Shown piece by piece: positions 28,105-39,280 of a stretch of DNA of 64,000 bases. Below the pieces are notes generated by a model. That model did no database searches, was not told the origin of the DNA, and saw only the letters and a program-made list of their open reading frames with translations. The DNA comes from a bacterium (GTDB lineage: Bacteria > Electryoneota > RPQS01), in the NCBI GenBank assembly GCA_016721565.1, contig JADKHW010000015.1:6731-70730 (forward strand), given 5' to 3'. Positions within the stretch are counted from its first letter, which is position 1, and every line of letters starts with the position of its first letter. The position numbers were made by a program, and so were the translations under genes.

Positions 28105-28734
28105 CTATGGAACAGTTACGACAATGGCTTTGCATTCTGGCTCGCCAATGCGGCGGTAGCCGTGTGGGAGACTTCCATTGAAATAAGCTGTATCTGCTGC
28201 TTCAAGAATGACTTCTTCGCCTTCGACCTTTAGGCCGAGTGTGCCAGATAAAACGTAGATGAACTCAAAGCCTTCGTGCGAATGCTGGATGACATCTTCT
28301 TTTCTGCTGGCAATGAACAGTGCCAGATAAGAACTCGATTTGCGATCGGTTGCAGGATAGTCCAGGCATTGAAATCTGTAAACTACGTCTTTTCCTTCAA
28401 GGTTTTCATCGAAGTCTATTCGGTCTTTTGAGCGAGTTATCGAGATTGCATGATGTTTGTCGGGGTCGGAGAAGAAGTGATCCAAGCCAACGGAGAAAAC
28501 CAACGCGATGCGAGATAGAGTTTGCAACGTGGGGACGACGTGGTTGTTTTCAAGCTTTGAAAGCATCGCTGCGGATAGGCCAGTGTGGCGACCGAGTTCC
28601 ACCAGACCCATGCTTTTCCGGAGCCTGAGCCGCCGGATCTTCTCGCCAAGGGAATATTGGGCGAGGTATGGCGTCAGGGTATCGACCGGCTCAAGTTCTT
28701 GAGACTCACTGTGATTCAATTTTTCTGTCGGCAT
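28105..28734 (-). CDS. XRE-family HTH regulator with C-terminal cupin domain
   Basis: HTH_3 region: LGEKIRRLRLRKSMGLVELGRHTGLSAAMLSKLENN. Cupin region: HSHEGFEFIYVLSGTLGLKVEGEE..YFNGSLPHGY. Confidence 0.85.
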   Translation of the reverse strand: MPTEKLNHSESQELEPVDTLTPYLAQYSLGEKIRRLRLRKSMGLVELGRHTGLSAAMLSKLENNHVVPTLQTLSRIALVFSVGLDHFFSDPDKHHAISITRSKDRIDFDENLEGKDVVYRFQCLDYPATDRKSSSYLALFIASRKEDVIQHSHEGFEFIYVLSGTLGLKVEGEEVILEAADTAYFNGSLPHGYRRIGEPECKAIVVTVP

Positions 28735-28735
28735 A

Positions 28736-28750
28736 TTGACTACCAGTCAA
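28736..28750. promoter_or_regulatory. Perfect palindrome TTGACTaccAGTCAA abutting the regulator start (candidate operator)
   Basis: A 6-3-6 inverted repeat beginning 2 nt upstream of the XRE start codon. It sits in the divergent region shared with the MBL gene. TGACGG direct repeats occur at about 28890-28915. Confidence 0.4.
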
Positions 28751-28938
28751 AGGTGTGCGCGAATGTTCGCTTTTGCTGTTATAGTTAAATCTATTTAAAT
28801 GTAGAGCACATTTCTTAGAAAGTCAAGGTTTTTGGGGCAGATTTTACTTGACGATTACGACTCATCTGACGGTTTCATTTGACGGAGGCAAATTGTTTGT
28901 TTATCTTCAATAAAGCAGGCTAAACAGGAAATACGGAT

Positions 28939-30345
28939 ATGAAGATTACTTTTCATGGTGCGGCTGGCGGTGTCACCGGATCGAAGCACTTGATTGAGGC
29001 GGGTGGCAAACAAGTCTTGCTTGATTGCGGCATGTTTCAAGGACGCCGCAAGGAAGCGCTCGATTTGAATTGGGGGATGTCGAAGGACCTCTCGCACGTC
29101 GATGCCGTGATTCTTTCGCATGCGCATCTCGATCATTGCGGACTCTTGCCGCTGTTGGTAAAACGCGGTTACAAAGGCAAGATTTACTCGACTGCGGCCA
29201 CGCGCGATATTACCGAGTTCATCTTGAAAGACAGCGCCTCCATTCAGGAGCAGGACTTTAGGTGGATGCAGAAAGAGAAAATTTCGCAAGCGCAGCCTGC
29301 AGAACCGCTTTATGAAGGTGATGACGTGCCACCGGCGATGAATTTGTTTCGTGAAGTACCGTTTGCCAAGCCGACGAGTGTGTGGCAGAACGTGATGCCG
29401 GGCGTACGGCTGAAGTTCTATCAAGCGGGACATATTTTGGGTTCAGCGTGGATGATGCTTGAGTTTGATGGCGAATCAGGACCCGAGCGAGTTGCATTCT
29501 CTGGTGACCTTGGGAGATTTAACACTCCACTGCTGAAAGATCCTGAGTATTCCAATGAAGAATGCCCAGTGCTGCTGTTGGAATCCACCTATGGCAACAA
29601 GGAGCATAAACCGCGCGAAGTTGCGTACGAGAAACTCAAACAAGCCATCATTCGCGCGACGGATCGAAAAGGGAAAGTTGTCATTCCGGCGTTTGCGTTG
29701 GGACGCACGCAGGAGTTGATTTATGTTTTGCATCAGATGCATGATGCGGGTTCGATTCCGGAAATTCCGATTTATGTTGACAGTCCGCTCGGGATTAACA
29801 TGACTTCGGTGTACCGGAATTACAAAGATCAATATGATTTAGAGTCGCGGAAGGATTTTCCCGATCCAGAGGACGCACCGCTTGTTGATGAGCGGATACG
29901 CTACACGCGCACGGTGCGGGAGTCGATGGACTTGAATGACAAGCGCGGACCGTTTATCGTAATTGCCTCATCTGGCATGATGGAAGGCGGGCGTATCCGA
30001 CATCATTTGCGAAATACGATCAGTGATGAGAAGAATATCATTCTCATCATCGGATTTCAGGCTGAACACACGTTAGGCCGCAGACTTGTCGAAAATGAAC
30101 CGCAAGTGCGACTGTTTAATGAATGGTATGATGTGCGAGCCGAGATTGTTAAACTCAATGAGTTTAGTGCGCATGCGGATGCCAAAGAGTTGCAGGCGTT
30201 CGCGGATCACATGACGGGATTGCGGAAGGTGATGCTGGTGCACGGCGAACATGAACAGGCGACAGCTCTGCGCGATAGATTACTTCACGGCAATGACCGA
30301 CTTGACGTGAAGATTCCGCAGCGTGGAGATACAGTTGAATTGTAG
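28939..30345 (+). CDS. MBL-fold beta-CASP hydrolase (RNA-metabolising metallo-beta-lactamase family)
   Basis: 468 aa with LSHAHLDHCGLLP (HxHxDH). The beta-CASP region contains ESTYG and VHGE near the C-terminus. Confidence 0.8.
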   Translation: MKITFHGAAGGVTGSKHLIEAGGKQVLLDCGMFQGRRKEALDLNWGMSKDLSHVDAVILSHAHLDHCGLLPLLVKRGYKGKIYSTAATRDITEFILKDSASIQEQDFRWMQKEKISQAQPAEPLYEGDDVPPAMNLFREVPFAKPTSVWQNVMPGVRLKFYQAGHILGSAWMMLEFDGESGPERVAFSGDLGRFNTPLLKDPEYSNEECPVLLLESTYGNKEHKPREVAYEKLKQAIIRATDRKGKVVIPAFALGRTQELIYVLHQMHDAGSIPEIPIYVDSPLGINMTSVYRNYKDQYDLESRKDFPDPEDAPLVDERIRYTRTVRESMDLNDKRGPFIVIASSGMMEGGRIRHHLRNTISDEKNIILIIGFQAEHTLGRRLVENEPQVRLFNEWYDVRAEIVKLNEFSAHADAKELQAFADHMTGLRKVMLVHGEHEQATALRDRLLHGNDRLDVKIPQRGDTVEL

Positions 30346-30427
30346 TGACCGTTGCGAGTACGATGGGGAGTTTGTATATTGACTTGTGATAGAACTCAAT
30401 TGTTAGTAAACTGTTAGCGAAATTCCC

Positions 30428-30925
30428 GTGGTACTTTATTTAGTTCGTCACGCCATTGCCGTCGAGAGCGGCAGTCCGGGCTATTCTGATGAAGATCGCC
30501 CATTAACTGAAGAGGGTATTGACCGAATGCAGCGCGCGGCACGCGGGCTGGCACGGTTGATTGATCCACCTGATCTCATTGCATCAAGCCCGCTTTTGCG
30601 AGCCAAACAAACGGCGGAAATTCTGGCCGTCGCACTGCAAAGCCGCGACGGTGTTGCCGAATGGCCCAATCTCATTCCTGCTGCGGCAGTCAACAAGGTC
30701 TTGCCGCAGATCAAGAGTCAAGGGACAGATGCGAGCGCAGTCATTCTTGTTGGGCATGAGCCGCATTTATCACTTTTGACCGCTCTACTCATGGGCACGG
30801 CTCCGCACGCTTTCGCATTCAAGAAAGGCGGAGTGTGCGCGCTTGAATGCCCTGCAAAGATCACGCAAGGATCGGCCAAGATGCTCTGGTTTCTCACGCC
30901 CAAGCAACTCAGACAACTCGCATGA
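30428..30925 (+). CDS. sixA: Phosphohistidine phosphatase SixA (histidine phosphatase superfamily)
   Basis: LYLVRHAIAV (RHA motif), SSPLLRAKQTAE and VGHEPHLS. GTG start. Confidence 0.8.
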   Translation: MVLYLVRHAIAVESGSPGYSDEDRPLTEEGIDRMQRAARGLARLIDPPDLIASSPLLRAKQTAEILAVALQSRDGVAEWPNLIPAAAVNKVLPQIKSQGTDASAVILVGHEPHLSLLTALLMGTAPHAFAFKKGGVCALECPAKITQGSAKMLWFLTPKQLRQLA

Positions 30926-31638
30926 TACGGCAATTTGAACAACCTCACCCCTATCCGGGCAAACTGATCATCGTCGAAGGGATTGACGGATCCGGTAAGT
31001 CGACTCAATTGCAGCTTTTGCACCGCTGGTTGGAAGGCATGGATCGGCCCGTTTTTTTTACGGAGTGGAATTCTTCACGATTGGTTAATGAAGCTATCAA
31101 GCGCGGCAAGAAGAAGAATTTGCTCACGCCGATGACCTTCAGTGTATTGCATGCGACCGACTTTGCGGACAGACTTGCGCATTTGATTATTCCTCCGCTG
31201 AAGGCCGGCATGATTGTGTGCGCGGATCGTTATATCTACACTGCGTTCAGTCGTGATGTCGTGCGGGGCGTGGACCGCGAGTGGGTACGCGATATGTACG
31301 GGTTTGCAGTCAGGCCGGATATTTCAATGTATTTCAAAGTTCCTATTGAAGTATCGCTTGAGCGAATTTTGAGCGGCCGTCCGCAACTGAAGTTTCACGA
31401 AGCGGGAATGGATTTGAATCTGAGCGACGATCCGGTTGAGAGCTTTAAGCTGTTTCAATCGCGGATCTTGAACGAATATGATTTGATTGCCAATGAGTAT
31501 GGTTTGACGGTGATGGATGCTACACTTCCGATTACAAAGCAACAGGAGAACTTCCGCAAGGTTGTGGCCGAAAGTTTGGACTCCTATGATCCGCGCCCGA
31601 TGACGCGTCCGAGAAAGCGTAAGGTGGCAAATGTCTAA
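30922..31638 (+). CDS. Thymidylate-kinase-like P-loop kinase, paralog 1
   Basis: ATG 30922 overlaps the sixA stop (ATGA). KLIIVEGIDGSGKSTQ (Walker A), CADRYIYT (DRY motif) and an EAGMDLNLSDD insertion. It is longer than canonical Tmk. Confidence 0.7.
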   Translation: MIRQFEQPHPYPGKLIIVEGIDGSGKSTQLQLLHRWLEGMDRPVFFTEWNSSRLVNEAIKRGKKKNLLTPMTFSVLHATDFADRLAHLIIPPLKAGMIVCADRYIYTAFSRDVVRGVDREWVRDMYGFAVRPDISMYFKVPIEVSLERILSGRPQLKFHEAGMDLNLSDDPVESFKLFQSRILNEYDLIANEYGLTVMDATLPITKQQENFRKVVAESLDSYDPRPMTRPRKRKVANV

Positions 31639-32359
31639 AGCACGATATATCTATGGTAATGGTCAACCCTATCTGAAACCGGGCGAGCTTGCAGGGAAGC
31701 TAATCGTCGTTGAAGGGACTGACGGCGTTGGTCGCTCCACGCAAATCACAGAAATCAAGCAGTGGCTGGAGATGAACGGCCATGCGGTGGTAACGACAGG
31801 ATTGTCGCGGTCTGCGTTGCTTACCAAAACGATTGATCAGGCGAAGGCCGGGCATACCCTGAACATCAACACTTATTGTCTGCTCTACGTGGCGGACTTT
31901 GCGGACCGGCTCGAACATGAAATTATTCCATCGCTTCGCGCGGGCTTTGTTGTCATCGCTGATCGGTATATCTACACGTTGATTGCGCGGGCGGTTGTGC
32001 GCGGCGCGGATCCCGAATGGATTCGACATGTGTTGGGATTTGCCCTTCTGCCAGATGCGGTGTTCTACCTCAAGATAAGTCTCGAAAATCTTATTCCACG
32101 AGTGATTAACAGCGAACGGTTGTACGAGCACTATTGGCTCGAAGATTCTCCGGAAGGATTGGATTACTGGGAGGCGGGCATGGACCTGCGGCTGGGTGAA
32201 GACTTCTATGACAGCTTCCTGGAGTATCAACGACGCAAGATGCTTGCCTTTGAGAACATGTCTAAGGAATATAGTTTCGAGGTGATTCCCGCATCGCGCG
32301 GATTTAATCAGGTCAATCGGTTGCTCAAGCAAGGATTTCTTCGAATTCTACAAAAGTGA
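31631..32359 (+). CDS. Thymidylate-kinase-like P-loop kinase, paralog 2 (Walker A Lys replaced by Arg)
   Basis: It overlaps paralog 1 by 8 nt. KLIVVEGTDGVGRSTQ, ADRYIYT, EAGMDLRLGED. Confidence 0.7.
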   Translation: MSKARYIYGNGQPYLKPGELAGKLIVVEGTDGVGRSTQITEIKQWLEMNGHAVVTTGLSRSALLTKTIDQAKAGHTLNINTYCLLYVADFADRLEHEIIPSLRAGFVVIADRYIYTLIARAVVRGADPEWIRHVLGFALLPDAVFYLKISLENLIPRVINSERLYEHYWLEDSPEGLDYWEAGMDLRLGEDFYDSFLEYQRRKMLAFENMSKEYSFEVIPASRGFNQVNRLLKQGFLRILQK

Positions 32360-33930
32360 GCACGAATAGCCCCGAACGAATCGCCGCCATTGATATAGGC
32401 ACAAACTCTATCCATCTGCTGATCGCGCGCGTGATTCCACAGACCGGCGGGTTTGACGTGCTTGATCATGACAAAGATATGGTGCGGTTGGGCGCTGGAT
32501 TGGGACCTTTTGGTGAGTTGACTGATCAGGCGATGGCGCGCGCGATTGCAGCTCTGAAGAATTTTCAAGGGCGAGCGAGCGGCGCAGGCGCGGCCTTGCG
32601 AGTCGTGGCGACCAGCGCGGTTCGTGAAGCGACGAATCGCGACGTGTTTCTTGAGCGCGTACGTAAGGAGCTAGGCATTTCGATTGAAGTCGCTACAGGA
32701 TTTGAAGAGGCGCGACTGACATATCTTGCAGTTCGCAAGTCAATTGATCCGGGGACGCGACCGATACTGATGATTGACATCGGCGGAGGCAGCACGGAGT
32801 TTGTGGTCGGCAAGGGCGAAGAGATTCAATTTGATGATAGCATCAAATTGGGTGCGGTAAGGTTGACGCAGGAGTTCTTCCGCGACGGCAAGACAGATTC
32901 TAAATCCGTAGCCGAATGCCGGAGATTTTGTGCTCTAAGTTTGAATCCGATACGCCGCAATTTGGCACAACGCTATTTTGAGTGGGCTGTTGGCAGCAGC
33001 GGTACTGTGCAGTGTATCGGCAGGATGATTATGCATCAACGAGGACTGCTTCCGACCGGAAGATTGAATCGCATCGCGATTGCCGAGTCAGAGTTGAAGG
33101 ATTGTGTTGAAAGAATACTGGCCGCGAAGACCAACTCCGGACGCGCAAAATTAAAGGGAGTCGATGAGGGGCGGGCGGATGTCTTGCCGGGTGGCGCACT
33201 GCTGCTTGAGTCTGTGTTTCGCGAGCTTGAACTGGAAACCCTGACGATTGCCGAGTATTCAATTCGCGAAGGTATTTTGTTTGACACAATTGCTCGCGAC
33301 TATCAGCGCGAACAATTTTTGTCGCACGAGGGGCAGCGTTTTCGCAGCGTAATGCATGCGGCCAAACGGTTTGATTTCGAGCAGCAGCATTCCGAGCAAG
33401 TCACGAGGCTGGCACTGTCGATTTTTGATCAGACACGCCCACTTCACGGATTGGGCGATTTAGAGTGTGAGTTGCTGGAGGCGGCAGCGCTATTGCACGA
33501 TATCGGACTTTACGTTTCGCATTCGTCGCACCATAAACACTCATACTATTTGATTCGTAACACCCAACTGTTAGGATTCGCAGACTACGAGCAGCAGATT
33601 ATTGCTTTAATTGCACGCTATCACCGCAAATCACCGCCGCGTAAGAACCATTTGGATTTCATGTCGATTCCGGCTCCGCATCAGCAACTTGTCTCGGTAC
33701 TTGCAGGGATTTTACGAATCGCCGACGGATTGGATCGGACACATGTCTCGGCAGTGCAGAGTGTGGATGTTGATCTTAACAATCGTGACGTGGTTTTCCG
33801 CGTCACACCTGCGCCAGGTCATTCCCTTGAATATGCAATCTTTGGAGCAGAGCGTAAGCGCGATCTGTTTGAAGAGGTATTCAACCGCCGTGGTTTGCTT
33901 GTACCTGTGGATGAGAAGGTGATTGTTTAG
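32356..33930 (+). CDS. Ppx/GppA-family phosphatase with C-terminal HD domain
   Basis: The start overlaps the previous stop (GTGA). AAIDIGTNSIHLLIA, MIDIGGGSTEFV, and HD region LLHDIGLYVSHSSHHKHSYYLI. Confidence 0.85.
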   Translation: MSTNSPERIAAIDIGTNSIHLLIARVIPQTGGFDVLDHDKDMVRLGAGLGPFGELTDQAMARAIAALKNFQGRASGAGAALRVVATSAVREATNRDVFLERVRKELGISIEVATGFEEARLTYLAVRKSIDPGTRPILMIDIGGGSTEFVVGKGEEIQFDDSIKLGAVRLTQEFFRDGKTDSKSVAECRRFCALSLNPIRRNLAQRYFEWAVGSSGTVQCIGRMIMHQRGLLPTGRLNRIAIAESELKDCVERILAAKTNSGRAKLKGVDEGRADVLPGGALLLESVFRELELETLTIAEYSIREGILFDTIARDYQREQFLSHEGQRFRSVMHAAKRFDFEQQHSEQVTRLALSIFDQTRPLHGLGDLECELLEAAALLHDIGLYVSHSSHHKHSYYLIRNTQLLGFADYEQQIIALIARYHRKSPPRKNHLDFMSIPAPHQQLVSVLAGILRIADGLDRTHVSAVQSVDVDLNNRDVVFRVTPAPGHSLEYAIFGAERKRDLFEEVFNRRGLLVPVDEKVIV

Positions 33931-33970
33931 AGTTTGGTTGACTGATCCCAATTTATTTGCCCGATGTGAA

Positions 33971-34000
33971 AAAGCCCCCGCTCTAACGAGCGGGGGCTTT
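33971..34000. terminator. Bidirectional terminator between convergent genes
   Basis: AAAGCCCCCGCTC-taac-GAGCGGGGGCTTT. Confidence 0.8.
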
Positions 34001-34022
34001 TATACTGACGTGCCCTAGACGA

Positions 34023-37000
34023 TTACTTCAGAAGGACCATCTTTTGGACAGCGCTGAAGCTGCCTGCCGTCATCTTCACAAGGTACATACCCGTCGGCAG
34101 ATTGTCGGCGGTGTACAGAACCGTGTGGCTTCCGGCGGCCATGACTTCATTCACCGGACGAGCCACTTCCTGACCGGCGACGTTGAAGATCGTGATCTGG
34201 ACACGTGATTCATTCGGAACATCAAAGCTCAATGCCGTCGTTGCATTGAACGGATTCGGATAGTTTGCATGCAACGCGAACTCGGTCGGCAACTCTACAT
34301 TGTCATCGGCATCCAAAGCGACTTCAATGGACACGGGGATTTGCAGCGGCGAGCCCATGTCGTTGTGGGTGACCGTGATCATAGCAGTGTATTCACCTAC
34401 TGGGAAACCGGAGGTTGCACCATTTACTGTGATGATTTGCGATTGGTTCGCATCCACATCGCCATCAGGCGGTTGACAGTCAACCAGTTTTGATTTGTTG
34501 TGATGGTGTAAGACACCGCGCATTGTCCGTTCGGGTTTGTGATTTCGAACGTACCAATGGAGTTCTGACCGATCAACGTGTAGATATTGAGCGATGTCAA
34601 GCTAAACGTTGCGGCAGGTTGACGCAGACTCGCGTTGCGAGTCGTCGTCCCCCCGTCATCCACGACGACGTTTTCGAAGACCTGATCACAATAACCTTGC
34701 TTGTGAACAGTAACAGTGTGCGTGCCGGGTTCGACACCAAGCGTGTAGTTACCTTGAGCATCCGTGAAAGCAATCTCGCCCGGAGCTTGCGCGGAAGTCA
34801 CTTCCGCATTTGCGATCGGCGCATTACTACCGAACTCGCGCACAAGACCCGTGATCGCGCCGGACGGACCAGCCCAGAATGCAACACCTGTGTTGTTTGC
34901 CGGCTGGAACGCGCCGGCACCAGCTTGCCACAGCGAGACAGCGTCAGATCCGTCGGCGTTCTCGACACCCACTGTTCCAATTGTTGCAGCTACGGCCTGA
35001 TAGTAGAAATAGATTGATGTCGGCGGTTCGAGAATGATCTGCATCGTGTAGAGATTGGTAGGATTGGCGTACTGCTGTACATCAACCCACGAGATAATCA
35101 GGCGACCATTTGCAGCATCATCGTACATGTACACGTCGCCTCCTGCACCCGGATTGAGGTCCATCCAGTTGAGTGCAACAGTGGCATTCGGTTCAACAGC
35201 ATTGGGCATCGTGCCGCCGAGGCTGTTCGATGTACTCGTAAATGAAAGCCAGCCATTCGAACAAACAGAGAACTGCGTGTAAGTTTGTCCGTAAAATTCA
35301 AAGTCGAACGGAAGATCCATCAAACCGGAGTTAATATCATCGGCATTGACAATAATAGTACCGTTTGTGGTGATGTCAACCCACTCAAAGTCCACGGTTT
35401 CCCACGGGCTGACAATGGCGCCAACAGCGGCGTTTGACGGTCCGGAAACGTTTGGAACTTCGTCAACAGCAGTTACCGTCCACGTGTAGGGAATCTGGTT
35501 GTCAGGCGGTGTGTCAATGTACGTGGTGACGCCCGCAGCCGTGGTTCCAATTTGCGTTCCGTCACGATAGACGCGGTAGCCCGCAAGATCAACAAGTGCT
35601 GAGCCGTCTGCATTCAACGCTGGTGCCAACCAAGCCAAAGCCATTTGGTTTGTTCCAAGCGGATTGGCATCAAGGTTAGCGGGAGCTTCCGGAGCCATAT
35701 TGCAGGTCTCAGTGACGTGTGGAGACTCGTCAGACTCTTCAGAACCATCGTAGATAGCCGTCACCCAATAAGTGTACGGAGTATTCTCGACACGGTTCAG
35801 ATCGGTGTAAGTATTTACGTTTCCTGCGACCTGAGCAATCTGTCCACTGCCTTGTCGATAAACTCGATAGTTCGTGATATCATCGAGACTGCGGCCATTC
35901 TCACGCCCGATACTGCAAAGCACTTCAGGGGCGCGGCTAAACGGCGGGAACCAACGATCAAGAGGGTTTGCAAAGCCTTCATTTATTTGACTGTTTGCTT
36001 GTGCAATCAGGGCTTGCTTGTCAGACTTGCCGTCAGCAGAATTCGAGGAAACGATTGCACGTTGCGGTATGCGCTCAGCAGCATAACCTGACGGGCTACC
36101 AACGGAAGAAAGCTCAACAGTGGTACCACGTGGATCAACCAAGAGACCACCTTCCGGCGGCGGACCACCGACCCATGCGCGCATCATCCAGTCGTAAGAC
36201 GGGAAGGCGTTCCAAACTGGCAGAGTGGCAGGCCATGTCCAATAGGCGCGTCCATCTGGTGCGCTGTTGTCAGAACCACAACCGGGACCCGTGATTCCCG
36301 GGGGGAATTGAATCACGATATAGAAGTCGCCGGGTTCGGTGAGGAACACGGAACCATCTGTTTCAGCATACAACCAACCGGGCGTGCCGTCCGCACCAAT
36401 GTCTGTCCACTCGTAGAGAGGATTGTCTAAGTCAGCTCCTTCGTTGGTCGCGTTCGGCGGGCAGAGCGCAACCCACGGCAACGCATCTTCGCGTTCCATG
36501 TAAACGGTGGCTGCATAGAGCATCAACGGGAAGGTTGCATCTTCCGGCGGCGACATGCGCTGGCAGAAGAAGTTGTCTTCGGTGTTGGGGGATGTTACGC
36601 GGAACCAAATTTCGGAGGTGCTGTCGTCATAGAATATTTGCGTACCTTCAGAAATTCCGGGGGTAAGCCAATTCAAAACGATGCGGTCGTCGTAATTGCC
36701 ATTTGAACCAATCGAGGTGACGGGCAGTGCTCCGTAGAGCAGCGTAATCGCGCTGGTCATGTCAGATTCAACAGGCGTGGACACATTGTTGTCACGCGCT
36801 GCAACTGCGTACTGATAGATTCCGTCAATAGTCAAAGTCTGCGTGAATTGTGAACCAGTCGGCGTGCCCTGTAGCACCCAAGTTTGCTCACCTTGCAGAC
36901 GACGATACACTGGATAGACGTCTACGAGTGGATCGGTTGAGTTATCCCAGTTCAAATCAACAATGCCTGTTGCGTTGCTCACTGTGCCAGTCAAGTTAGT

Positions 37001-38908
37001 CGGAACAGGGGGATCTACACGCGTCAGCGTAATGTTAACGCCGGCTATGCCCGCTTCAGTTAGTGTAAAAGCGTTGGTATTTGTGTGATAGCCAGCCAGT
37101 GAAGCGGTAACCACACGGTTTCCAATGAGAACCTGTGGAAGTGAATACGTTCCATTTGCAAGCGGGTGCGTATTCGGGTTGCCGATTCCATTTGCAACGA
37201 CAGAGACTGTAGTCATCGATCCGGCGCCGCCATCAAGCGTGATTGTGCCAGAAACTGGAGCGAAAACCGGTTCGCCAAAACCCCAAAGTGTTACATCGTC
37301 AATGTAGAATCCGGGGTACTGAACCGAGCCATCAGAACCGAAGCTGAAACGAATGATTGGCACAGTGCCAACATATGCGCCGAGGTTTACGACAACAAAT
37401 TGCCAATTACCCACTGCGTTGCCCGTCCAACCTACTTCATCGGCGACACAAGCTGAACCGGTGTAAAATGCGTCTTCATTGTAGACAGGAGTCACCGCCG
37501 TAACAACTTCCCATGTGGCACCGCCGTCAGTGCTGACTTTGATGTTCATTCCATCAAAGAAGCTTTCCGACTGATTCCACATCCAAAATTCCAGCGTTGC
37601 AGCATCGGAGCCAACCGTCAATTCCTGGTTAATATCGAGGTTGTAGCAGGCCATGTTGTCATAGTTGGCCGCCAGCAGCGTTCCCCAGCAATGCGTGCCG
37701 CTGTGAGCACTAGCTGGGCCAACACCCGATGGAGTTCCCCATTCCCAACCCGCATCAGCAATCAAGTCGCCGTTGTCGGTTTCAAAATCGGAGAAATAGG
37801 ACGGATTGCCGACTATTGCGGTTACAGACACTGCTGCGCTAAAATAGGCACCCTCTGCTGCACGGAGATTGAAGGTATAGTTGCCGGACTGCAGACCTGT
37901 TGCATTAAACGTTTCAACACCGGCGTTTGCTGTACCCAAGAGCGTCCCAGTACCAGCAGGGCCTTGCCAAATTTGAATTCCATCAGGAGTCAACGGATTG
38001 CCGTTAGTGTCTTGCGTTGGGTCATCCCATGTGAAGACCACATTTGAAGCTCCAGGAGTGCCAACGACGTTCGTCGGCGGATTTGGTACTCCGTCAGGCT
38101 GATTAATCAATATTGAATACTCGCTGACGGGCAAAGTTCCAGCACCATCAAAGCACACTTGCAGTGCTTGTGTACCGCCAGCATTCTCTATTCCCACAGT
38201 ACAAGTTCCGTTATTGTACGTTCCGCCTGATGCAACCAACTGATAGTTATAGCGAATGTTGCCGTTCGCGTAGAGAACAATCTGATAGGTGTAAAGTTCT
38301 GTCGTGGATCCGATGTGAGGTACATTGATCCAGCTCATGATGAAGCGCTGATTCGCTACGTCAGAGAAGTAAAAGAACTGACCACCAGTAGGAGGATACA
38401 TGTCGTCCCAGAAGCAATACACTGCGTTGTTCGGTTCAACGGTGCTCGGAATAGCGCCTTCGAAGTATGCCGCAGATGTTGACGTGAACGATGCCCAACC
38501 GTTCGAGCACATACGAACGCTCGTGTACGTTTGATCATAGAACGAAAACGAGAAGCCTAGGTCAAACGGTCCTACGTTCTGGTCATCAGAAGTGATTCCG
38601 GCCGGTGTGCCAGTGCCAGAAATGTCAATCCACTCAAAGTCAGTTTCTTCCCACTGATAGTCATCCAAATTGTGTCCCGGGCGGCGCGGACTCTCTGCGG
38701 ATGTGGGGGCATCAAATATGCTGCTGCCAAACTGTACGTTGGCTTCTTTCGCGAGTTCTACATCGTGTCCGCTCAGCTGTTCGCCTCGTGACACCATGTC
38801 TTTTAGTCGAACAATGTCCGCCTCTGTTACGGCAAATGCCGTTGCGGAGATTGCCATTAGCGCTGCACACGCCAATAGCCCCTTCCAAAAATTATTGCGG
38901 TTTCCCAT
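34023..38908 (-). CDS. Giant (about 1600 aa) T9SS-secreted surface protein with Fn3-like and duplicated domains; one frameshift near 34470
   Basis: ORF 34424..38908 has signal peptide LLACAALMAISATAFA. It joins ORF 34023..34523 across ..ITTNQNWLTVN/PPDGDVDANQSQIITVNG. The C-terminus is NYPNPFNATTALSFDV..GMYLVKMTAGSFSAVQKMVLLK. A roughly 190-aa domain occurs twice (see findings). Confidence 0.85.
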
Positions 38909-39252
38909 TCTTTTGCTCCTTACTGCTTAGCGTAGCTTACAAGGCAATTTTTATAAATTACCGGAATCGTATAAGATTGTCAATGAATCACAACTTGAAA
39001 TTGAGATTGTGGTGTCATCGAGCTTTCCAGATAATTCACCCCAACCGACTGCCTGTGACGAGATCGCCTTTGAATAAAGCACGTTAATTGCTGTATTTTA
39101 TATATATAAAATTTGATGTTATGAATGTATATGGACAATTGTTGTAAGATTTTGACGTATTTTCTTTAGGATTAAATTTATTTTGTTGTTGTGAAATACA
39201 AAAAGAGGCTTATCTGTGTTGATCAGCTTCTACATACTGTGCTCCAACAGAC

Positions 39253-39280
39253 AAAGGCCCCGCATAAATGCAGGGCCTTT
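39253..39280 (-). terminator. Hairpin downstream of 39308..40672
   Basis: AAAGGCCC...GGGCCTTT stem. It is followed on the minus strand by a T-rich stretch. Confidence 0.6.
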
